Source of the DNA: Lepidodermella squamata
Taxonomy: Eukaryota > Animalia > Gastrotricha
DNA: 64,000 nucleotides
Direction of reading: 5' to 3'
Assembly: GCA_047495785.1 (NCBI GenBank)
Contig: JBLDXI010000002.1
Span: 1,426,001 to 1,490,000 of the forward strand
How positions within the stretch are numbered: the first letter of the stretch is position 1; every line of letters begins with the position of its first letter. The notes below the pieces were generated by a model. It was not told the origin of the DNA. It saw only the letters and a program-made list of their open reading frames with translations, and made no database searches. Both the position numbers and the translations under genes were made by a program. Shown here one piece after another: positions 52,258-64,000 of the stretch.

Positions 52258-55200
52258 GCCGACGGTTGGGTCTGGCCGAGATCGCGATGGTAGCGATTTC
52301 CTATGTATCGGCGATGTGATTGCTCTTTATTGCGAAGAAACGGGCGGTTACATCTTCAGCTTTCAATCCAGGTAAAAAAATGAAGGCTTCAATAATTTTA
52401 CCGAATTTTTTTTATATTTTAGCTCCGCCTACAACGGCTTGTACATTTATTATGGACAAGATCGCAAAAAACCGCAAAATATTCAGGACCCAAAGGGAAT
52501 TACATTTCAAGTTTGCATACAAAATCGCTACAAGCTGAACAAGCAACTTCGAAAATTGCAAGATGCAATACGAGACGACCCTAATAACTTGGAATTACGG
52601 GCTTTGCTACCTCAAGCTGAAGTAAAATTGTTTTAAATATTTTTTCTAAATTTAATTGAATTTTTTAAGGCGGCTTCCAATGCTGAGCATTCGGACAACG
52701 TGGCTGAACAGCGGCGCCTGCAGGGTAAAAAAGTGCGGTACGGCGATACGGTTCAGTTGCGTCACATGTACACGCACAAATTTGTACATGTCTCGACGAC
52801 GTCGACGTCAACTCGCGATAAGAACAACATGAAAATTGAACTGCAGTTGTACAACGCTAAACATGCGCAATTTCGCATTCAGCCGCGTTACAAAGTCAAG
52901 TCCGAGGGCGAATACGTTCAAGTCTACGACCAAGTCGTTTTCGAGAGCGTCAAATCGCCTGGTCATTACTTTCACGCTAGTTTTCCCTATTTCATCACCG
53001 ATATTCTATATGGGTAAGTTTCTAATATTAAGGTGAAAAATGTATAAATCCCTCATTTTTCAGAGCTGAACTGAATTCCAGTGTCGAAGTGACCGGATTC
53101 AGCGTTGCCAAATATCACCGACCTCAAACTAGAGATGAAACTCTTGTTAAGGTGAATCATTGAAAATTTTCGCGATTTATATGACTAATTTGTCCTTATT
53201 TCAGTCTGGCTCAGTTTTCATGCTATTCCATAAAGAAATGGAGGCTTATTTGACCGCTGAGGGTTTACTTGATTACAATATCACTGAAGGGGGTGAGTTT
53301 TTTTAATGAAAATTTTTGAAAAAAATTGATTATTTCTCGTTTTTACAGTTCACTTGAAGCTAATCGCTGTGGATAATTTCAGCGAAAAAGCTATCCTAGG
53401 CCCGCAAAATGTGTCGTATTGCTGGCAAATCGAACCCGAGGAGAGTATTATTCGCGGCGGTCCGATTCGTTGGGATCAGCAGATTCGCCTACGACACGTC
53501 ACTACATCTCACTACTTATGCATCGATAACGATTTGAAAGTTTCACTGTCACGTGACGCGGATCCTAGCACTGTTTTCCAGCTGCACTCTGTGTTGAAAG
53601 AAAGCGGCGAAATTGCGTTTGAAAGCTATGCGCGTATTCAACACGTACTCACCGGCTACTGGCTGCATGCGACCAAGGACGAGATGCATATTGTACAGTA
53701 CCAGGGCGGCCCAAATGAAGACCGATCTTTCCTCTACATCGATCGTGATACTTCGAAATTGAGGAAGATCCTAGCGACGGAAGATAGCCAGTATCAAAAC
53801 GCATTCACCATACGAGTTGTAGACGAATCGCTAATAACGGGAGCTAATTTTGTCCTCGGCATGGCTCCTTTCCTCATGCGACTCATTAAAAATGTTTGAA
53901 TTTTCAAAAAAATTTGGATTTTTTATTTAATTTTTTTTATTTTAGCGAAAAGATGGAAAGTCGATGAAAATGTACAACACTCACAAAGTTGTCAGCGTAA
54001 GTTATTTTCTTGATTGAATTTTTTTTTACGAATAATGAAAAATCGGCATTTTAAGCCAGATTAATAAATTCTTTTTTTCCGCTTTTTTTGGAAAATTGAA
54101 ATTGAAATAAATTTTTGTAAATTTTACAGGCGCTGCGCGAACTTCGCGACTTCATGGTTCATAACGGAGAATCGGTCAAGGTACGCCAGCGGATGCTGAG
54201 CAGCGCTAAAATCGTCGATTTGCTCGTCGAATTGCTGGCATGCCCCGTCGATGGCGTGCCGGACGAAGCTAATCTAACGCCGATTTTTCTCGGGGCTTAC
54301 GATGTCATCCATCAGTACATGCGTGGCTGCAAGAAGAACTGCCTGTATTTCGCGAAGAACATCACATTTCTGCAGCAACAACTGACGTTGAAGCCTGAAA
54401 TTTCGCTGAGCGTTGTCAGGCTTGTTGTTGAGTTGATTCGTGACAATCGCAAGGTCGTCGATCGAATATCATCGGACCAAATCGACTGGTTTGTCGGGTT
54501 GTTGCGGAAGACGAAAAACTACCGATTTCTCGAGTTGCTAAACGTACTCTGCGTATGTGACGGCGTCGGAATTCCTGCGAATCAAAACTGTATTGTTCAA
54601 AAATGGCTGAACAAGGACAAGGAGGACGTGTATTTGATCCAGCGCGGCCAATTTATCAGCTTGGAAAGTAATCTCAACTACGTCAGTGTTAACGGCGGCC
54701 GGTCTTGGACGTCACTGCACACGTTTTTGAACCCGATCAGCCCTGATTATTCCGAGAGCAAATGCCAATTTTTGCACGCTCAGTTGGATTTATTCGCCAA
54801 TCTGTGCTATGGCCATAACAGTTTTGCGATGAGGCAAATCACGCATGAATATGAAATTCTCACCTGGGACCAGGCGATGTTTTGCCTTCGAAGTGAGATT
54901 TTACCAGCCGATTTACGCGCGAAATATTGCCGTTTAATCACCGATCTTTTCGTTGATATGGGCAATAATTATTCGGTCCTAGATCACGTGGTGACTTCGT
55001 TCAATTACGAGGAAATTGAGGTGAATCTCGCGTCGGCTAAGCGGCATTTCAAATACGCCGAGCAGGAACTTCACACCGTTACTCCGATTTTGAAGGAATG
55101 GATTTCGGATTTTGTCAAGAAAAATCCAATCATGTATACGAACGAAGTTGGCCAGAACAAGCTGATCGAGGAGGTTATGAAGTTGCTGCAGTGTTTGATT

Positions 55201-58200
55201 AAATTCGGCTGTTATGTCAACGATAACGACATTGTCACGATTTTGAACCCACTCTTGGCGATGCTGGACGGCCGGTCTGATATGCCTTTCACGGGTGATC
55301 GGACTTCGAAACATGCCAAAGCGATTCTAAAGCAGTATCAGGTCAAGGACAGGTTTCAACCCAGCCAGGAAACCAAAGCCCTCGTCAACGCTAAATGCCA
55401 GTAAGCATCCCTAACTCTTTTGAAAAAATTGGAAAAAATGAATTTTTAAGGAGGAATTTTCAAATTTTATGCTTTAGTGCCAAATTGTCCCAAAATAAAG
55501 TTTTTCAATTTTAAGGCCCATATTAAGGAGATTTTTTAATATGATTCATGAACGATAGCTGTTATTAATGGGCTAATAGCGGTCAGTTTACGACCTACAA
55601 AGCCAATATCGATTCCAAATATCGATTTTACAAATCAGTGATTTTTCCGATTTCAGAAGATTTTAAATCTTATAATAAAAATGTTAAGGGTAACAGGTCA
55701 CTGAAATACAAAATCCTAGGGTTATAGAAAGGAAAAAACACTAAAACTCTAATAAATCGAAAAATTAAATGCTTAAAAAATGCTGAATTTTATTGCTGCA
55801 ACCTTAATATTTTGCCAATTTTTTTAATTTTTCTTATTATTTTCTCAGAATAATTCTTGCGCTCGATCTAGTCTTGCAAATTCAGAGCAACAAGCGGCTT
55901 GAATATTTCATCGGAAAATTCAAACTCGTCGACACTCGCCCACCGGCGACTCGCGGTAAAAAAGGCTCCGACGTCATGAAATCAAACCTGGACAGCATGC
56001 TGATCGACGAAATGGGCAACAAGTTGACGCATACAGATGCGCGGAACCAACGCACTTTACGCGCGCGAATGATCAAAGAACTCGACGATATGTTCTACAA
56101 GTCTGACTTTTTCACGGGCGAACAGCTGACGGAGATTATGCTCGATCTTGCCGAGTACAAATACGACACAATTCTCGTGCTATCGCTGCACATTCTCAAC
56201 AAATATTTCAGCTCGCGATCGCACACCTTCGAACTGGCTGAGCATTGTCAAATTCTCATAACAGCCGAGTCGAATAAAGTTTACACGCAAGTTCAGAAGA
56301 AAATCTCAATTCTTGGATTTGTTGGCATCGCGAAACCGACCGAAGAACAAGCGGCGATTGTTTGCGAGGTTTTGCAGCTATTTCGAAGCTTTTGCCATCT
56401 TCGCTACGATAATTCTCAACCGCATCGCATCAATCAAGACATTCTTCTCAACTTTGGCATCTTGGACCTGTTATTCCAGATTCTCGAGCAGTTTTTCGAT
56501 GCCTCGCTCATTGTAAGATTTTTCGGGAATTTTATGAATTTTTCGTAAAATTTAAAATTTTTCAGGAACAATACTCGAATATGCAAACGATTTTACGATC
56601 TGCCCTGCAACTTTTGGCGTCGCTATCCCATCGCCACCCATCAGTTCAGTTCCGCGTGTACGAACACGTCGACGCCATGCTTCGACTGAAATACGTCGAG
56701 GCCGAAGTTGCAATGGCCCTGCGAGAGACGTTTTCAAACAATTTAGAGCTGTGTTTGAAAGTCACGCCGAAACAAATCGACGAAATGGTTCACATTCTCG
56801 GCCAGCGGCAAACCGCTGCGTTGGAAATTTTCGACCTGCTCAAAGAACTGGCGAAGCTAGACGAACACGATTTGCCGCTGAAACGCAACCAACAAGTCAT
56901 TATGGACGCGTTGATGGAAGACTTCAACAAAGTCGCTGCGGTGTTCAACATCCCGAAGGAGGAACGTTTAGCTATGATTAGCCAGGCCGATGAGGACGAC
57001 CTGAATTTGATTTACCTGACGAAATTAGTCGATTTACTGGCCACGTGTGCTGAGGGCGAAAATCGGCACATTGAATCGCTGTGTCAAACAATCTTGCCTT
57101 TGGATGAATTACTGCGGATTTTGAACCAAGCCGCAGTTCCGCCTCGTTTGAAGCGGTCATTCACGAACTACCTGGTCTGGGTTTACATGCGAACCGCGGG
57201 TACTATGGTGGAATCTGGCGCCAGTGAGTTGCCTCATGATCGTGATATTTGGGCCTTTCTCATGACTTTGGCTGACGAAATGAACCGGTTGACGGTTTAC
57301 ATTTCGCAAAATGGCGACTGCATTCGCGAATTTTTGAAGCCATGGTCTTCCGCTCGAGGGCTGACCGAGGATCGCAAGTTGGAGGTCGGGCGACAACTGA
57401 AAGATGCCGAGTTTTTCGCGACTACGGCATCGCTGTTCTTGCAAACCTTCATTTTGCGGTTCTATTCGCCTGAAACTGATGCCTACCCCGAGGAAGGTGT
57501 GATTTTGGACAATCTAGCGAAAGCTGCTATCGTGAGTTTTGAGAAAAAACTAAATTTCAAAATTAATTCAATTTTTGGATCTGAAACAGGACTTTTCACT
57601 AAAAGCCAAGCAGTTCTTGATTAATGATCGATTTTCTCGAAATCTGCTCAATTGCACCACGGTTCTATTGAAAGCATCAACTACCAGCATTTCAGTAATT
57701 GATTTTGAATTCAAAATTTCGGAAGCATGCAATTTTTCTTATTGAATTCAGGATCGCGAGGATTTCATTCAAATGTTCCGAAGTTCCAGCATCGAAGCGA
57801 AGAATGAAGTTGTTCAGGTAGGGAGACTTTTATCAGTTATCGCGAAAGAAAATGTTGAATAGGAATTTGAATCATCCCAGGACTATGGCTTACCACTCAA
57901 GGTGCCTTATATATAAGTTGTAGGACCCCAAATGAACTGCAAAATTTTCTGAAACTATAATTTGAAAACTCAATTTTCTCTCATATTTCCTAACTTGCGT
58001 GATCCCCAATTATTTGTCTATTTTCTATCGAAAAAATATTCACAAAATTTCCCAGGCTTGCGGAGGAATCAGTTTAAATTCATCCTAATGATATTTATAA
58101 ATTTTTCAGAATTATCAAACCTACTTCGCGGAGGAGGAAGCGCTCAACAGGCGAATGTTGATTTTCGCCAAAAATTGTCGAATCGTTTATAGTGGCGAAA

Positions 58201-61200
58201 ATACGGTCGAAACTCAACTTGGTTATAAAGGAAACTTAAGACGTGAGTTGATTTTCCACTTCAAAATAATGTTAATTAACACTTTTTTATAGCATACACC
58301 TCGCTATCGGACGACGAAGCGCTACCACTTGGGCGTGAATTTCAAGCCCTAGTCCGATGTTTTGTAAAAACAGGCGAGAAAGAGAATAACAAACGCTTCG
58401 TCCAAGCCGAAAAATTGGTCAATTTTCTGCGAATTCTCGCGCATTACAGCAATTTATCAAGCACCCTATCCGGCGCCCTTGCCGGACTGCCGCCTTGCAT
58501 TGAGCTGGAACAGCTCTGTATGCGATGCCTACAGCTGTTGCGGGCGATTATTCACAATGAAGAGCGTCGATTGCCGGCCAATTGGGGCCAGTTGCTCGCC
58601 GATCGGCAGACAATCAAGCAGTTGCGCGTGTTGAAAGAAGTTCAAGATACTTTGAACGCCTACGGGGCGATGAAGCAGGTGATACCGCTGTGCGGTCAGC
58701 GATCTCGCGCCCTTGTCCAGGAAGCGTTGCTGCTCATCAGCATGATGCTGTTCAACGCGAACCGGAATGCTCAAAAGGCGATTCTAGACTTCTTCTTGCA
58801 CACGCGGCTCGAGACGTTTTTCGCGACAATTCGCACGCGTATGCAAATGTCGACGGTTGCGATTAAGGAGAGCCGGGCTTTGCTCATGTTTCACAAATCA
58901 AAAACTGCCGAGTTTTCAATTGTGCCTGAAATCGCGCCGGAGACGAGCGGGAACAACGGGAATCTGATACCATCAGGCACGAGTGGCATCATGAAGCGAG
59001 GAACTATGGCGGCGATTGAGCCACCACCGCAGTTTTCAGACCTCGATCGGCCGCATGGCGATTCGATGCGGCATGCGCTGGTGCCGAAGAGTGGCAAGCG
59101 GGCGAGGCTGGAAAGTCAGGGCAAATGCGGGTCTTGCTGCATTCCGAGGGGAGCGGATGAAAAGCGAAGACCATCGACGACTGCCTACAACGGCGAGATG
59201 GACGAAATGCTTGGATACAAGGGCGATACATCAGTTGTACCGGTAAATTTTCGCCGAACCTAAGAATTTATTTTGAAAATCGATTAATTGAAAGGCTGCT
59301 AGGAAATATACCACGAAAACGAAATTTTTATAATTTTAAAAAAAATCCTCCTTAATTTTTTTGAAATTTTTTAATTTGTCTACAATTTTTCCTAACTAAA
59401 GTTCAGCGGTTTCGGGTATGATTGCAAAATATTGCGTCACTTCAAGGTCAATAATAGTTTTTTGCTTGCGTGTTTTTACAATTTCATTTTTTCTAATTTT
59501 TTCAATTTTTTTCGCGATTTTTGTAATATTTCAAATTTAACTGATTTTTTTAAATATTTCCAGCTGACTCACTCAAAGGCTGACATGAAAGACGCGACCA
59601 CAGTTGTTCAAAGCCGAGAAGGTGGTGACATAGAGCAGGGCGAGGGTCGGTCTAAAGGCCACGGTCACGGCGGCCGGTCGCTGCCCGCCTACGAGTACAA
59701 AGACGACGGCTGTATCAACCTAGTCCTTCGCGTGCTCGCCGCAATGTGCGACGGTCAGATGAACAAAATGCAAAATTACCTGCGCGAACAGCCGGATAAC
59801 ATCAAATCAGTCAACATCATCGCAGATACAGCGAGATTCCTCGAGGTGATCTACTCCAACATCAGCGCGTCGACCATCGACCTAGCTATTCAAGTTTTCA
59901 TGACGTTGAACACGTTCACCGTAGCGAATCAATCGAATCGAATGGTTATGATTGACAACAAAGTGATTGATTACATCAATTTCATCCTTCGAGCTGGAAA
60001 ATTGCGAGATTGCGCCGCGAATAAACAACTGGAAATTCGCCGTGAAATCGGAAATCTCCTCCTTTCGATGATCGAAGAAAACGGCCCTCTCGAGCTGCTA
60101 GTCGGCCGTGAAGTTCTGGAAACCCTGGATAAAGATGCGATTTACAAATGCATGGTCGAGTGTTGTAACATCTATCGAGCGTTATCGCTCAAAGGCCTGC
60201 GGGTTCGGAAAGCTAGGCGTGAATTGATCGATCGACTTCGCCAGTCGAAAAATTGCTTGAAAGATTTGTTGAGTGACCCGAAGGCGATGCATGACCGCGA
60301 TTTGGCGGCGAAATTGTTCGATACAGGCTTTTTGTACTTCCAAATCCTGCAACGGTTGTACGATATTGAACCTGGCTGGGAGGAGCGGCAGGAAATTGTG
60401 ATCAACAGCGAGCAGCGGGATGTTTACGACTTTTTCAAGAAAAATTCAATGTCTGTCGAAGTGGTGAAGGGCGAGAGTCTGCAGAAGATAAACTTCCTTG
60501 TTCGCAATAAGGACGCAATTCGGGAGGAGGTGAAGGAAAAACTGAAATGGAGCGTCGATCGATCGAGCCCGCGTAATAAGGTTCAGGACTTGGTTATGTG
60601 GTCGAAGGACATTCTACGGGATGCGCATTATCAGAAGAAAATTTTGAGTAAGCCGATCGCGATGATGTTTACGCGATTTTGGCTGTTCTGGAATCAGCTC
60701 TCCATTTTGCTATCGCTGCTGATTAATTTCATCATGATTTACACGTGGCATTCGGTTGTCCAGCCGGATGAAGTTAGCTTCCATAATGAAGAGAAAAACT
60801 CAACGGAGGAAGAAGACGATTTCGACATTGATTCATTCGTCGCAGGATTGTGAGTTAAAAATTTTAAACAAAAATTAATTTTAATATCGAATTTTTACCA
60901 GGTATAAACCGCCTGATAGAAGAACGTTGCTGAACCGGGAGTATCCACCGTTTGGCTATGTGAATAACCTGGACCCAGATATACGCGGCCTTTCAAAGCG
61001 GACCTACAACATGTCGATGTACCTGCTCGGCGGGCTTCACAACGCGTCCGCTGTTTTTGTGTTCATCGCCTACTTCCTCAGCAATCATCCTACGCTGCCC
61101 AAATTTAGAGGGTTCGTTTTTTTCAATCATGACCTATTTAATAATTATTTTTGCATTAATAGTGTGGTAACCTGGTTTCAAAAGCTGTGTCGGCGCAAAG

Positions 61201-64000
61201 TTGTTGATTTTGATGGCGCTTCCCCTGCCCATACTAAGCAATCAAAGCTGGAAGTGAAGCTAGCGTCTGTAAAATCGTTCTACTATGTGGTAAGCTTTTC
61301 TGAAATCTCCATTTTTTTTTATAAAACTTGTAAAATTGTATTTAAAATTTAAAATTTTAAAAATGATATTTTGAAAATTGGAAAATTTCAATTTCGAAAT
61401 TTTGAATGCCACAGTATTACTGTATGGAAATTAAAAATTAGGGAGTTTGAATTTGAATTTGAATTTGAAGTAGGAAAAATATTACTAATTAAAATTAAAG
61501 TTGAAGTAGTTTATTGTTAAAACAATGATCCGACTGATACTAAGTAACAGTTTGCCTATAGACGCGGGTATTTACATTTAACTAATTCTTTCTGTGCAGA
61601 TGATTATTTATGATTTTGCATGAGTCTTTTATCGTTGAAATGACGATGTCGCACATGAGTGACTGCGGTTTTAGAATTAGAATTAATTTAATTTAATTTT
61701 AATTTTAATTTTAATGTATTGAAATTTTTTAGGGTGCATAAATATGTATGAAAGTGCACTTCGAATTTTTTAATTGAAAATGAAATTTTTGATTAAAATG
61801 TGTATTTTTCTTGAATTTTCAGCTATTCGTGACGTTTTCATTGCTTGGAAGTATTGTGTCACCCTACTTCTTTGCCTTCCACCTACTCAACATCGTCAAC
61901 AACAACCAGCTGCTACAAGGTGTCATACAGGCCATCACCCAGAACGGCAGATCACTGCTGTGGGTCGCCATTCTAGGCCTTGTTTTCATATACATCTACG
62001 CTTTGATAGCCTTTGCGTTCCTCCGCGACATGTTCGACCCGCACGCCGGCACATTCTGCTCCTCCTTAATGCAGTGTTGCCTCACCGTTCTACGCTACGG
62101 TGTTGTAGGCGACCTATTCGAGCGTATCGGCGCCGCTTCCCGCCGTCTCATACACATCTACGGCTACGACCAAACGTTCAATCGATTTGCAGTTGCCGTT
62201 GCGTTTTCGATTTCCTTCTTCATCATCTTCACTACAATTGGCCTGAACGTCATTTTCGGCATCATTGTCGATACGTTCTCGGAGTTGCGAAACAAAAAGT
62301 GGACGGCCGAGGCGGATATGCGCGATACTTGCTTCATCTGCAGCCAACAGAGCCATGAATTTGAGCATCACGCCAACGTAAGACAAATTTAAATTGTCAG
62401 AAATCAGGCAAAAAATAGACAAATTCTCAAAAATTTATAAGAGGAAGTAAACACCTTGCCCATTTCCAGTTCACAATTTTTAGCGCGAAAGCTGATTTTC
62501 TAACCTTCCATGATTTGTTTTGTCCAAAGTTGCGGTACCTTGAAATTTGGTATTAATTTTTTTCGTTATCTTTTCCGCTTAATTATGCGGCGACAAGCTT
62601 TTCAAATTAATTGAACGTTGTCAGTGTTTTTTGCGTAGTGTGCGGGGCCTATAATTAATTGGGGAAATATTTCGGCGAAATCAAGTATACGCGTTGGTGT
62701 CTAATTCCTGGGTTGTTGATTTTGCGAGTTGATTATGCTGTCAAAAATGCCCTATTTTGTTAGTTGTAATGATTGTCGCACCTGTCAATCTTGCGACTCG
62801 TATCCTACGTGTCTTTTTTGACTACTACGGCGAAAATTTTTAAATGCTGTCAAAACGAACGTGGGAAATGGACATTCGCGGAAAATCCCGTCAAAATCGT
62901 CACTGTCATTCATAACTTGATGTCTTTTTGTTGATTGTCGGAATTCTGTGCTTGTCATTCAAAACCTAGTGTACGGGGTGTTCCATTTTTCAAAATTTGC
63001 CACAATTTTAAGCAAATTTTAAGACATGATTGAAAATTGAAATGACGAAAAACGTGAATAATTTGAAGTAAATTGTGTGTAATTTATTTTTCAGGGCTTT
63101 CAAACTCATGTACGGCACGAGCACAATATGTGGGCTTACGTGTTTTGTAAGTTCGAAATTTTCGAAGCTCCATCATTTGATAATAATTGCCGCTTTAGAT
63201 ATAATACACCTTCACGAGATGAAAATCAACGAGTACACAGCGCTTGACTTTTACGTCAAAAAATTGGTTAGTTTCGAGAGAAATGACCTGGAAATTTATT
63301 GAAATTATTTTCTTTAAGTTGGACCAAGGAAAGTTTGACTTCTTCCCGATGAATATGGCCCTGTCGCTGCGCGTTAATAAAGAGGCGGATGCGGCGGACG
63401 TTAAGCTGGAGCAAGTCCTCGGAAGTGTCACGTGGCTTGTCGATAAGTTGCAAGAAGAGGAAGCGCGTAAACAACGCGATGCCGAACGCGCGCGGCAGCT
63501 CGAATGGGCGCGCAAGTACGGCCGGCAGAAAACCGAGGCCGGGCGTGAGGAGATCAACAACGAACTCCCGTTCTACCCCCTGCCCAAGCCGTTGGCTGGG
63601 TCGGCGCTGTCGCTAGAGAGCAGCCGATCAAGCCAGTCGGAGGACGGCAGCCTGGATCTGCCCCATGATACGGGCGATTTGCCGGAGTTGTCGTCGATTC
63701 ATCACCTGAGCGGGCCAACCGCGCATTCCTCGATATCGAGAATGCCATCAGGCGGCGCGTTGATGCCGCCGTCGAGTGGGATCCCAGGCGGGTCGCGCAC
63801 CCCGAGTGGCGCCAGGACCCCGCGGCCCATCCTAGGCAGCACCAGTGACCACCCTCCACTCCAAGAAACGGCCTCAGCTCGACTAGCAGCCCTGCAGCAG
63901 AGCCAGCTGAGGGCCATGCCATCCGGGCGCCCGGCCTCCACCGTCCCGTCGCCCAGGGCGTCGATTTCGGGCCGCACCTCGCCGATCCCAGCGGCGACCC
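52258..64000 (+). CDS. ITPR: Divergent inositol 1,4,5-trisphosphate receptor-like Ca2+ release channel, constant exons; 3' end outside window
   Basis: DFLCIGDVIALY, EQRRLQGKKVRYGDTVQLRH, MIR region, RIH domains (FLELLNVLCVCDG; LLATCAEGENRHIESLCQ), MCDGQ..MQNYLREQPDNIKSVN, six-TM channel with LNVIFGIIVDTFSELR, CFIC..H..H zinc finger; last exon open from 63319 to the edge. Confidence 0.93.

Noticed and set aside
58150-58192. Possible GC-AG intron in the IP3R-like gene
   Set aside because: The segment reads through in frame (LNRRMLIFAKNCRIVYSGENTV), so no intron is needed.
62457-62875. Possible MITE with cccatttcc / ggaaatgg ends in an IP3R intron
   Set aside because: Terminal match is short and gapped; no target-site duplication seen.

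Overview
Gene-dense, compact animal (invertebrate) genomic DNA: standard code, mostly 45-60 nt AT-rich GT-AG introns and intergenic gaps often under 300 bp; the species cannot be named from sequence alone. In order: four tandem, highly diverged prolyl 4-hydroxylase alpha genes (+); a secreted two-domain catalytically dead trypsin-like gene (-); a decayed RLE-type non-LTR retrotransposon 3' end; PGM2 and ANKS3 (-), involved in a near-identical 2,592-bp tandem duplication; two FAXDC2 paralogues (+); CDC27 and ELYS/AHCTF1 (-); LCLAT1, YIPF6, YIPF5, TMEM33 and SNX17 (+); and a large divergent IP3-receptor-like gene running off the right edge. The most striking unexplained structure is the apparently empty ~5 kb upstream of the IP3R-like gene: it holds up to nine candidate alternative first exons that all end in a phase-2 donor matching the first constant exon at 52258, i.e. 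a variable-N-terminus array on a channel whose IP3-binding residues and selectivity filter are also altered. All exon models were read by eye and need RNA evidence.
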